Source of the DNA: Trichoplax adhaerens
Taxonomy: Eukaryota; Animalia; Placozoa
NCBI RefSeq assembly: GCF_000150275.1
Contig: NW_002060946.1
Location: forward strand, 2,561,454-2,625,453
DNA: 64,000 bases
Direction: 5' to 3'
Position 1 is the stretch's first letter, and each line of letters starts with the position of its first letter. A program made the translations under genes and the position numbers. Positions 43,501-56,885 of this stretch are shown here, in pieces. The notes below the pieces were generated by a model. That model ran no database searches, had not been told where the DNA came from, and saw nothing but the letters and a program-made list of their open reading frames with translations.

Positions 43501-46319
43501 TCATCAACCATATTTGTTTATCGAATCTTTTCGGCTATAATTACAGCAGTCCTCAATCACATCAGAAATTATCAATTTATAATAAAATAACGGATGTGAA
43601 TTAAAAGAGTTGGACATGTTATCATTCCAGTTGTTGTAATAACTTTAATTATAGGACTTCAAATTTGTCAGCATGATAAAAATTTGAAATCGTCTAAGTT
43701 TGTCTTCAAACTATAATAATTAAAATAATAAAAGAACGCAAATTTTATAAATATATATGCGTACTGTATGAGTTGATAGTGCATTAAATATAACCGCTAC
43801 AATAGCGTCAGTAATGATCAATTTAGAATAGATAAGGAAGTACTATTTGCAAAAGTTACGTTTTAAATTTCGTTTAATTGTAGTTAGAAATGTTGTTATG
43901 GAATGTAAAGTTAAAATTTCTTATTCTTAGCATTAACACGACAAATTCCGAAATGGTTTAAACTTACGCTAAAATAATATTAATATCATTGAAATTGATA
44001 TGACAATATATAATATAGATGTATACGCCTACTCATCGATGACACATATGTAAAATAATGAATAATCCTAGAATACGATCAAGCATGGTATTATATGTTG
44101 ATTAGCTAGTTTAATATCTACAATAATTGGTTAGAAATAATAATGAATTCAATTTGTAGAACTGTAATGAAATTTCATAAAAAAGAACAGATAAAGGATA
44201 ATAAATATAATTCCATTACGAGAAGATAGTTTGACGCCATTAAGAACAACAATAGTGACAAGAAATAGAATCAGAATGGTCATGTAATGTTCATAGAGTT
44301 GAAAGAATGCTTTAAAATTTTAACTATTAATAAAATTGGCACAATAGCCTGAAAACAATTCGGTCTTCTTAAAATAACTTATAAATAATTTTAGATAATG
44401 TTTATTCTATCTCACATTATTGACATAAGTTTAAGTTCATGATGCTGATTACCTTAAAGTTTTGTTATCTGCTAAATATAACAATTTCGCTTTATTCATA
44501 TTTGAATTTTACTTATACTTCTATTCTCATAAATGGTTCACAATAAAAACTTGATATTTTAACTGAACAGTAAAGACATTGTTACTTTTGAATATTGTTG
44601 ACAGCTACTAATATAACGATACTAAATATACATTTCACACTTAATCTTACAGTAAGAGTAGCAATTTCTGCCTACCGATCGCATGTATAGTTAGTTAGTT
44701 TACAAAATGCCTATGACCATTCCTACAGAAATGCAAGTGTATAAGGACTTTTTATAGATTTGCTTAAACTAAGATAGTAGAAATTTCTAAAGATACAATA
44801 CGCATGTATTAAGATACCTACATTGATTCTAGTACTTCATCTATTATAAATCATTTTGTTGATGTGATTCTTTGAGTCTTTCTCCTTCTTTCATAGCTAA
44901 GACTGCATGTCTTTAACGTCATCTTTTTCGCTCCTTATTATGTATAACAACAAGCAATTAAGTTTTATCAAAGTTATTCATTTACCATGTATAATATTGA
45001 AAATTTTCCGATCTATTAGTAATTGTTTTATCGTTTACCTTCTCACCAAAACAAAAATAAATGTATATCAATAAAAATCAATTCAACGCCTTCAATCTCA
45101 ATTACTTTAAGGCGTCTTACTATACTCACGATTTTTTTCGCAGAAAATGAATCTTTTTAATTTATCTATTTAGTACTATAATTAATAGCGTTACGGTATT
45201 ATGTGGTTATCATTACCACGAAATTATTTACATAGTTATTGTTAGAAATTCCGTCCAAAATTATTACACGGTTTATTTACTTAAATTTCAATTCTAATTG
45301 GAGTCTATCGGTAAAAGTTTTACTTATAATGACCAGTGATTGCATCACCTGTCACTATTGGACGCGTATTTTAGTCTGCTTTTATTCCAGTAGAGATTCT
45401 ATACCCTTTACTATTTAAATTATAATAAATTTTGTTGAATGTGCGCTTCTCACATATTTGCCGATATTCTATATTCCAAAAAATAGAGTACAATAATTTA
45501 GAAAGAATTCTATTCATTATCTGAGATATAGGCACATTTAGGAATTTAAAGTGTTGTCTGGCTTGAAATTTATTTTAATGTGGTAATATTAATAAGTACA
45601 AAGATACATAATAATTTTCTGATGAACATGTAGATCACCTAAATGCTATGGAAGCAACAAATTTCATTCTATCTAACGCAATTGTACACTCTTTTTATCC
45701 TAACTTTAATCATCTAGGTGATGTATCATATTTAGAAATTTTGATGCGACAATTAGTAGTTGATTTGAGTCAAATATTTCTTGAAATTGTTGATTTATTT
45801 AAGAATCGAATGCAATAAAAACAGTCTAAGAATGTTATAGTGGCTTTTATTGAATGATAATTATAATTTACTAACTCCAGCCCTTACCAATTATACAGTC
45901 AATCATCATAAAGTGTGTAAAGTAGCGGAAATTAAGTACTACATCCTATGATGATAACTGCTTATGGAAATAAATCAATAAATGCTTTTAGAGTAATAGA
46001 GATTTTAACAAGTACAAATGATAGAGAATTATTTTTGATCTATAGAACTATAGCACATATTGAATTACAATAAGCATAAAGTATATATGATACGTAATTA
46101 ATCTAAATTTTAACTTTCCTTTGCCTACGAAATAAAAATTCAATAGCTAGAGTTTCAATCGAGAATCATGAAAGTTAATGCTATCTATTCTCAAAATTTG
46201 TGTACAGGAGATTTTTCCGTAAATTATAGAAATAAAATTTTAATTAAGAATTCGGAGAAGATTTGATGATTCAGGTTATACCCTTATCGGCTTAATTGCA
46301 GCATGAAATAAAGCATATT

Positions 46320-46500
46320 GATGGTATATGTGTATATGTAGATATATAGATAGGTAGATGGATACATAGATGAGTAGATGAGACTGATAAGTAGATGCAT
46401 AGATGGGCAGCTAAATAATTAGATTGACATAGATAAATGGATAGATAAGTGAATAGGTAAAGTGGATAGATAGATCGATGTCGATTAACAAGTAGATAAT
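46320..46500. repeat. Degenerate (GATA/GATG)n low-complexity tract
   Basis: Repeated TAGA/TGGA/GATA tetramers. Confidence 0.65.
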
Positions 46501-46596
46501 TTATATTGTAGATAAAAGAAAACTGTCTGACTAGAACGATTTAAAATGGAATTAATAAAAGGGATATTTCAGCCAGATTACTTTATTCTATAAAAT

Positions 46597-46845
46597 GAAT
46601 AAGCAGGTTGTCTATAAGATAGTTCATCGATAAATTATTTACTATACAATACTGTATATCTGACTTTAATAGTTAATCTTATCTAATTGGATATGTTACG
46701 GTCAATCCCGGGGATACATCTGTAACACCCAGAATAAGCAGGCTGTCTATAAGATAGTTCATCAATAAATTATTTACTATATAATACTGTATATTTGACT
46801 TTAATACTTAATCTTATCTAATTGGATACATCAGCAACAGCCAGA
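46597..46845. repeat. Tandem duplication (135 bp period) overlapping the stop codon of paralog D
   Basis: A ~97-bp near-identical block, GAATAAGCAGG.TGTCTATAAGATAGTTCATC...TAATCTTATCTAATTGGATA, starts at 46597 and at 46732. Confidence 0.85.
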
Positions 46846-49800
46846 TGAATGACAGGAGCTTCTTTCGGTTTTGGATTAATAGCATTTCCATGACTATTTC
46901 CATGGCTGTAATCGACCTCTTTAGATTGACTTTTATTAGTCCCATTAGTTAAGTCGATAGTCGTATCCTTAACCTTCTGCATTCTACAGAATTTCGGTAA
47001 AAAGATAATAGACATCATTACAGTTATTGATATCCAAATAATAGACCCATCGATAATAAAATAGGGAGTAGGTATAATTGAATCCAAGGCAAATCTTAAA
47101 GGTCCAGTTATCACCACAACTACAGCAAAATTATACACAATCGTAATCGTTAAACGAGCATCGTTTAAGTCCTTGTAGGGAACATTGCGTGTACCATAGG
47201 CTACTATCATGCCGAACAAGAGCAAAATAGTTTCTTTAGTACCCAGTACTAGCATCCAATATGCCAAGTATGATGAAGAACAGTAATATATTTGTTTGAC
47301 ATGGGTTACGTCAGGATTATCAACTGAAGGCTAAATAACCACAGAAGATAGAGAAAATAAAACGCACTTATTATTGAGTAAAAGCCAAAGATTCTAATTT
47401 TTAAGAAGTAAGTTATTATCCATCAACTCTGGATTTCACACAATTTATATCTATGAAAATAGATCTCTTTCACTTGTTACACTACTTGCTAGTATTCAAA
47501 TCTTCTAATTAGGTTGGAACTGCCAAATTTTAGGTAAATCACTATACTCAGCCTGACTATAATAATACTTAATATTGTATTGGCATAATTAAATCTCTTT
47601 TATACCTTGCTTTCAACGACCGTTGTTATCATTCTTAGTGGATCTATGATTGACCATAGGGATAAAATAATGGCATCGATCAGCAAGAAAATACCAATCA
47701 ATTTCATTAAAGATCTATCGGAGATTTTCTGCAATTAAAAATTTTTAGAATTATAAGAGATTTGGGATTCAATTTGAATTCTTTAGTCTTTAGATTCCAA
47801 TAGATCAAAGGTTAATCTATCCTTTGTCATCATGTTCACTTCGAAAAAGCAATCGAAATATTTCATCAACTAAATTGATGGACTTAAAACTAACCCGTCG
47901 GCGAGGTTTGCCTTGTACACTTGCATAAATTACATATATACGAAAAGCTTTGCTGAATATGGCACCCATCGACAAAGTAAAGCCAATTGGTAAAAACCAC
48001 TTCCATATCTAATAGAAATTATAACAGAATGAGCGGGTAGCATTAATGTTGGCGTAGCGAATTTAACCATTTCATCAAGAATTATCGATTGAGAACGTTT
48101 TCATCTCTCCTTTATAGGTAAGTTAACTACTCGTATTTTATATCTACCTCACATAACACTACTGGGATAATTGGATCTGTTACTTGATACTTGACCGCCT
48201 GGTATAAGCTATAACTTATATTCGCTAGATACATAAAAATGGCTCCAACACAGATAAAAATGTTAACTGTTGGCGAAGACACTTTAATGCTGCGGATATT
48301 TCGATATTTATTATTGATGCCCAAAATTGTTAAACTGAAAGGAACACCAAGAAGAGACAAAGTAGCAATAATAAGGGCTGCAGTAAAGTTTACTTCTAGG
48401 GGTATGATAATGTTAATAATTTGTGAGCCATCAGTAGGTACTTTTCTCCCTAAAGTATACGTAATCAATCATCAAATTGTTGCTTCAGTCAATTTCAGAA
48501 GAAAGTTTCATTTTTGACTCATGTTTAGCTTGATAGCAGTTATCATTTGTTAATATCTATCTTTATTAAATTAGTATTTTTTCTAACGAAAACGATTCTA
48601 ATAAATGCCGCAGTAACAATTTAGCCTTAGCTAATATTTAAAAAATTTTGTAACTAAAATTGATAATCAATACGTACTGTTCCAGTGGAAATTCGCCGAA
48701 CCTCCGGTGTAGTTCAACTTATCTTTGATGCCATCGTAAATTCCGACAAAATTTCTAGTATTATCTAGTCAGTATTAATAGGACTTAATTGAGCTCCTAA
48801 TTACTAATAATGTCGGTTTATCATTATTAGGAGTATTTTCAAAATTTTAATTTCGTATTATCATATAAAACTAGCCGAACTACAGATAAGGCCGTGATCG
48901 ATACTTACCAACTCTCTGGAGGACGGTTAGTGTACCCGTTCTATCCCCTGTTGCAGTAAATTTAACTGTTCCCTATTATGAAATTGAATAATTGAATTTG
49001 TTTGTATTAGAACACTCTATTCCATTATCCAGTTACATCTTGATTACAAACATCACTAAGCGATCCGAGTTGTAATATAATTTATGGTTATTTTACCGTA
49101 AGTGGATATACAGATCATATTTTTAATTTAAGACTAAATGGTAAACACGATATAATATAAAAGATTTGTGCTTCGATCGATTGGCTCAAGAATCATTACT
49201 AACCGTAATACCCTCAAAATAGAGCGCGAACATTTCTTTTTTTATTAATTCCGACATTTTGGAGTTATTGTAGGTAAAATCTTCTAATAATTTGTTATCG
49301 TATTTGGCCGGGTTAGCCTGTAATTCATTAAGGGTTGCATTCAATGATAATGCAACCGCCCAAGCTGTATCATAACCGTAAGGATGATAGGAGTTCGATT
49401 TGTACTTATTAATAGTCGGCCAACGATGAAGATTTTCCATATACTGTGTAGTGGTCTATAAGTAAAAACAATAAAGACCATCATTAAAAGAAGACTGAAA
49501 GACCAAATCGTAAATAAATCTTAGTCGTTATATTCTATGCAATAAAAATGAACGAGCTCTTCTTTGCTTTGCATTCGTTCATGCTAAGTACCGGTGCTAG
49601 TTCTATCTTTCGAGGTATATAAATATCAGTTAATCAACATATTGAAGGAGCAGTTTTCTTTTAACTTGTTAGTTTAGTCATAAATCAGGTATACATTCAC
49701 TTTCGATTCGAATAAATTATACTTTGCGAAGGTTAATTCTAGCAGCTAATGTAAATTAGCAGGATATACAACGATTAGAGTCTTCCTGAAAAATTGACAC

Positions 49801-52800
49801 ACTATTCAACTCACCACTCCGCTAATTGCTCTTTTGCCATCAGTTCTTAAATTGATAGTATCAGTAAGGATAACATGATTAATCGCGCTTTTTAACTCTG
49901 CAGGTGTGCAGTGAGTATCATTGTAATTCCACCAATTCATCGAATAAAATCCTGGAATAAACCATACTCGTTCTACAGTTTCATTAAGAAATCCTAATTT
50001 GTGTGCCTAGATGAATTTCAATTAATGCTTTATTGATTCACTCATTCAAATATACAATTGATGAGGATAGTCGTAAAACTTGTTTAGGCAACAGTTATTT
50101 TAGTCACTGTGACAGCAGCATTGACTTCAAGACATCTAATTATATAGAACATATATTTAAAACAATACTATACTTAATGTAATACATCTGGAGTGGTTGT
50201 AGTTATTTGGAATATTCACTGCATTCCGTCATACTTTACGATCGTGAAATGCAAAAGGTAGAATAAGGTAATGTTGTAACAGTGATAATTTGAACAGCTA
50301 AAATAATACAACTGTAGTGTATTCAGTCCCACGACTATAAAAAGCAAAAAATTACAGGTAAAATCTGACGATCGTCAACAGCCATAGCTAGTGTTGATAT
50401 TTTTCATTTTATAGACCTTTATCATGGTAGTGTGGTAATATTCATTACATAATTAATCTTGGTTTATGGTACTATCATGCTGCTAATACATCGATTTATG
50501 TTGCTACATACTACAATAATCCAAGAAATAGATTCAGTATATAGTAAAACAGATCTAATCGATGGTAATGAAGATGTGGAATGTTAGCATTGTCGATAAC
50601 CTCAATAATAGTATATCATGGCACTTACCCAACAAAATACAAGTCTTGCCTTGGATGAATACATGTTAACCACAATAATCCTGGCATCTTTTCTCTGCAA
50701 AGGAAGTCTTTGTGTTAATTTAATATCATCAAGGGTTTAATACCGATGATAAATTGAAGGTGTGAATGTAAAATTATCGCGATTGATATTGTTTGCAATT
50801 CTATCAGGTCAAGATATGAACTTTGTTGATATTTTGCTCTAGTAATCAAAGTGATCGTTTCTAATTTCAAGAATTCAATAAACAAAAGTTTTATTTTAAA
50901 TACTATTATATTGCGAATATTCAGTAATATAAAGCACGAGAAGAAACATCAGTACTACATTTTCTTTTCATCTATCTTCAGGTAGCTTTTTGTTTAGAAA
51001 ACTCTTGACGAACGTGATCACGCATAATGGATAAAGTTAGGTAAACAGTATAAAATTTTAATTTTATACAAGACCTTCAAATTTTCAACTTGTAATTTTG
51101 GATCATCTTGAAAACTTTCTATGGCTACGATACTATGATTGATCATTTTCTGTTTTAAGCGGATCAGTAAATCCTGCGTCATCTATTAAGAGAGAAATCG
51201 ACGTCATCAAGTATGGAACATGATGTTTTGCATTAAAAAATAAAAGCTTACAAAAGTGTTTTCAAAGTCTAAAATAATATCTATCTATTTTGTATTTGAT
51301 ATATGGATGACCTTAACAATCATATGCGCATTCCCGAAAATATGTATGGATTTAAAAAATGGATACTCCCAATTCAATACCGTAGTAAAAGGACTATCAG
51401 TTATGATTTATAACTGAGGATCGATAAATTACCAAAGATGAAAAAAGAACTAACTTATGATAAATTTTGATTAGATAGAATAGGTAGTTTGTAATAGTAT
51501 ATTAGTTAAAGAAATAATCATACTCTAATTAAGCAAGCAAATAAGGTAACCTATATTAACTACAATTGATTGTCAGTATATAAATTAACGCTTCTGCTAT
51601 TTTATTACTAGCTTATTTTGTTGAGTACAATTGTTTATATGACGTAGCTGAGGTAAAAAAGATCAAAAGACAATTATAGGTCATTAGCTGAGCCCAAGAA
51701 TCATCTCTTATAGTGCTAAATCATATTTAATAACCAGTACAACATTCGTTTACCCTCTAACTAGTACATCCAGACTTTAATTCCGTTAAATCAAATGATA
51801 AATTGTATTTTAAATAGTGAGTGTACCATATATATCAAATTCCGTTTAACAAATGTAAATTCTGACTAAAACAAATTAATTCAATTTTGTAGAAATTGAA
51901 CATTCACATGAAACGTCTGGTATAAAAGGACCGTATTGAACAATGAGTAAAAATATAGGGTAAATAGTTTTTTACGCTATTTGATACGAATAATTTGGCT
52001 AAATAACTTTCTAAATCAACTTTTACGTTTAATTGTTATTTGATCATGATTAGTTTTAATTGACATAAAATTTAATTTACGTTTATAAATACCGAAGGTT
52101 TGTATAAAGTATCTGCGGCAGAAATACATATCGAACAATCAATGGAGCGATAAGCATCAAAATTTTTGCACTATTTGCTAAAATGTAATTCGGAGTAAAA
52201 AAGGCTATCTAAGGTCTAATCATTTCATTGCACTTGAATTACCAATAGTGGAGAATTATCAAGACATGGAAAAGATATTTGATTTTATATACGGTGCAAA
52301 AAAATAAATTATTTGATGATGTATAGCTAATTTTATACTGTAATAGGTGATAATGTCTACGATTGTGAACAGTTAATGTGATAATAATAGACATGTAGAC
52401 AGTCTGGCACAAAATGTTGACGTGTTGCGGGCTACATTGAAAGGTTATTGTAGACTTGAATGTAAATAGCAGGAAATATTAACCAAGTGAACCAATATGG
52501 TAAAGAAATTACTACCACTGAAGACAATAAACGATTAAAATAATACCTTACAGAATTGGATTTGCTTTTTACGTACAGTAGTAACTGTACATGAACACGA
52601 TATGGGAATTTGATAAAAGTCATTAATAGATATTGATAGAGCAAATAGTCATCAATTTTTTATTATTTCAAGTTTTTAAGGGTTTGTTCCGCGTGCTTAG
52701 TCATACTAATTTTCAACTTTAAATATTAGAAAATTGGCAAGGAAATGATATTGTATGGTATGCTAACTTGTATAAAATCATAATTTGATAATTTATATAA

Positions 52801-55800
52801 CGGCACTGTGTACTTGTATTGAATCGGTTATAGCTTATTCCGCCATGGCATTCCTTCATATCTTATCAGGTGATACCTACCAGTGAAAAATAATTGGAAT
52901 TTTCGGTTTGATGGATAGTTGCAATTCTAGACCAGTTAAAGTGACGCATAACTGCAATTCGGGGGCCATTATAGGACGAATCTGGCATTGCCATTCGAAA
53001 GAACGTTTTATATCGACTTTTATCGCTAAGGACGGGCGATGCAGCGATATAGGATATCTAACCATTAATTATAGATTAAAAATTAGGAGGTGGTACAGCA
53101 ATGGCAATTACAGCTCAATTAGGAAGTAAATTGAGGATGCCGAAATAGCATAATAGATCAAGTTTTCTATGATATAATAAAGTGGAGCGTAAACATGCTA
53201 CAACAGTATTTAATATTTTTCTGTAAAATTTTCTAGTAAAATTAATTGTATCCTATAGAAAATCGAATTTTTTTATAGGGATTTCACTTATCATTACAGG
53301 TTATCTAAGTGTAGCCTACGTAATATTTACCAAGTAACTGATAGTAAACACGGCATGATTATTATAGCAGCTTTATAATTAGAATATCAAGACTATTATC
53401 CAGTGGCAAACAATCGGATGCAATATAGGAGTATCCAAGCTAAAACAATAATATCTTTCTCTATACCTAGATTTCTTTCTAAATTGATATTTAAAATAGG
53501 CAATTAAATAACGCAGTTTTATCCAAGATTACAGCTATATTACCATAATTAAGTTGTAATATGGACAAGCTTCAGCAATAGGCTGCGTTGACATTGAACA
53601 ACCATCACCAACTAGCATAATTTTAGTAGGCTCTTTCGCTATTTCTTCCATAAACAATGAGGTAGAATAGCCAGCTAAACACTATGTGATAAAAGCACAA
53701 ACTTTAGAATTGCAATGACTATACCTTGACAAACGTTATGTCTAGGGTGCGATTTTGCAGAATACCATAATAATTTGGTCATGGATGAGTGATAAAATAC
53801 AGTCTAAATCTGTAAGATATTATAATTTAAGCTGCTATGATTGAATTATCCATTACATCGTTGTTTAAAAATAAGTCATTCCTTTTTCGATATTACTTTC
53901 ATTGTTTGATTAAATTATAAAAAAACTCAACCATGTCTGGACTTATTTTGCCGTTACTTTATAAATGCTTTCATTGAAAATTAAAATTATTACTACTTAT
54001 TTAGATATATCGATATAATTATCTTGTCTTTTTCTAGTTAATTACATTTTGATAGACATTGCGGGTGGTAGTATATAGTTTACTGCATACAACTTTACGC
54101 GAACTGGTATAAATGGTGTCAATATATTCAAAGAATCAATAATAAGAATGACATTGTTCTAAGATGATACGCTGTTTTAATAATATCATCATGATTAGCG
54201 TTCTTTAAGGTTGAACAGCTTTATGATGCTATTATTCTATTATTTTTTTATCAAAAAGACACCTGCAGTTATGTTGTTATTACACTTTGAATAAAATGAT
54301 TAAACAAATTACTTAAATATGGGTAATTTTTTACCGGGGAGGGAGAATAGGTATATAGGTCTTCAATGATTCAATATATCAATATTATTAGATCGATAAA
54401 AAATACCTAGACGTTTGGTTAATCGTATGATGCAGGCATTTGTTAAACTTTTTTAGTTTATGAACTGGATGAAACCCTAACATTTGCGTTTCTGTTAACT
54501 CTTGATTAACTGCATACATACATTCTTATTCAACTTGACATTACGGTATATACTATATACTTTCAAAGTTAGTCTAAGATATTAATGTATTTTAATCCGG
54601 TTATGCTATAAGACATACAGAAAGTATAGTACAATTGATCTCTTTAAATATTATAATTGATTCAATTTTTAAATGTTAATGAAGGTAACCAATCTTAAAA
54701 ATTAATGTCAAAGTAATAGAAATAAGGCTTAAAAATAACGTCTTGATCTCAAAAATCAAGGATGTTGTTAGAAGTGATTCCGCATTTAATAACGAAGAAC
54801 TATCGTAATGAAGATTTACAGTAATTAAGATAAGTTAGGTGATTATCAATTATCTATCCTATAAGGTACGGCCTGACTAATAAATTATTAATAAAATGAA
54901 ATTAAGATTGAATTATTTCCTGTAATATAAGAATTTCAATCTAATCGATCTATAGCCTATTAAAAACTATATTAATTTTATCCGACTAAATTGCACTTTA
55001 TCCGGGTATACGAGATCTTTAGTATTTTTATTTTTTTATATAACAAGAGTTGAACTTTTTTGTAAGTAAATATCATTATGTAAAGCCATAATGATGGTTA
55101 TGTGGATTATTAAATGAGTTATTTCAGCTACAAGATTAATCCTGAGAATTCATTAAACTTATGAAAAGATATTGACGAATATCATACGTACTTTGGCTCA
55201 TTTTAACAAATACTTAAGTTATAATTACTGTAGATGTAAGGAAAATTCGATACGCTAACAAATGGGAAAATTCCATTTTTCTAAAGGACAGCTTAATTTC
55301 AAATTAGTTATGATATTACAAACGATGTACTTTTAGTCTTATACATAATATCTGTTGATAGACAGTATTTGGTATATTTTTTATAAAGTATATTAGCAAT
55401 GAATATTTATCTAGTAAGTATCATCGATGTAAGTATTGAAACCTGCCATTAAAACTGCCTATCTTTAGAAATGTAGTTACTGGTAGAGTAACGTTAGTGT
55501 CGATGAAAATGAGCGAATTTTTATCTTTGCTATTGCGATAAAACTGATTGTAAATATGAACATTTTGACTCAAATATAACTAGTTGAGGTAGTACCTTAC
55601 CTTTGTGTCACTCCAATTTATTTCCAATTTGTAATCTGCCAAGACCTGGCTACTATTATTAATTTCTGCAAAGCCCATTTCTAAAGCAGGCAGCATTCCT
55701 GCAGCGGAAAATCCTCCCGACGCGGAAATATCAATAGGTACGAAACCCGATAAATGTAATTTTTTATGCTTGAAAGCAGCGACTTTAGAGAATATTAACA

Positions 55801-55861
55801 TCACACTTAGTAAAAATGCAACACTTTGACAGGTGGAAATTAATTTTTGGCTTAATTTCAT
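46818..55861 (-). CDS. GABA-B receptor-like class C GPCR, paralog D (~798 aa, 13 coding exons)
   Basis: Exons: 55861-55601, 53681-53544, 53057-52881, 51182-51075, 50694-50629, 50006-49815, 49455-49204, 48972-48909, 48764-48678, 48449-48148, 48008-47895, 47728-47606, 47330-46818. The total is 2397 nt in frame. It is closest to paralog C (e.g. RKDARIIVVNMYSSKARLVFCW is identical). TM7 ends IFLPK. Confidence 0.9.
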
Positions 55862-56657
55862 TGCGAAATACGTATTTAGTCAGATATAGGAGAAAGAGAA
55901 TACATCAGAATAGAAATAAACTTGCGTTGTAAGTGTCTGTGGTTCCCCAAGACGCAGGCTGAGAGTGATTGTGATTAAAACCTGAATCAATCATTTATAC
56001 TGTATTTTCCTGCTCTAACAAAAGAATCTTATTTGGCCTGATTGACCTATATTGAATAATTCCCAACTAATAAATAGAAAATTTTATTTTACGTGTGTCA
56101 CACTTTGTTATTTTTAGGTCGATTTCATATTAAAGCAGAAAGATAAAAGAGATTTGTAATTGATGAATAAAACTCTTAAAATACCGCAACTTTATTGACC
56201 AATGATATTAAGTAGAGGGAATAATCGCGATTAAATATTATTCTGAGTATTGGTAATGGCCTACGAAAGAATGAATAACAGATGCAGGGATAATTTAAGT
56301 GTTATCTTAATTCATTTCTCACCTGCTCTAGTATTGTTTTTAAGCGAATCGGTTACATTTATTAAAATAGAATTTATCTAATAATGCTGAATTGTACTAC
56401 CATAACATTGAAAGTTTGGCAGCTATCAATTTGACAGTAGGAAGTTGGGTGGGAAATTAAATTGATAATGGCAATTTTAGAAGGAACAATTTTTATATAT
56501 CGACAGTAAGCGCTATGATTAATCTTAAAGAAATTGTTGTGTTGATTGTGGGCATGGTAAAGAGTTTGAATAATTGATACTTGATTTATTGGCATTCACT
56601 AGTTTTAGGGTTTGTAAATGTAACAAAATCAATTACTATAGTAATGATATGATTGTG

Positions 56658-56885
56658 CAATGAGGATGAGATTGTTGGATACTATGAAGAAGAACAGTTT
56701 CCTAAAAGTTAGCCGACCTATTCTAAATGATTCATCTGAAAGCTTAAGGAGTTGCAAATGTATCGTCATCAATTACTGTAATAAGGATAGGATTGTCAAA
56801 TGAAGATGAGAAAATAGGTTAGTGGATATCATAAAGAATAGTTTCTGAAAAGTTAGTCGACCTATCTTGAACGATTCATCCTCAA
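56658..56885. repeat. Tandem duplication, ~140 bp unit
   Basis: AATGA.GATGAGA...AAAAGTTAG.CGACCTAT...GATTCATC occurs twice. Confidence 0.7.

Noticed and set aside
48239-53129. ORFs 48239-48517 (+), 52877-53065 (-) and 52908-53129 (+)
   Set aside because: They are antisense or off-frame shadows of paralog D exons.
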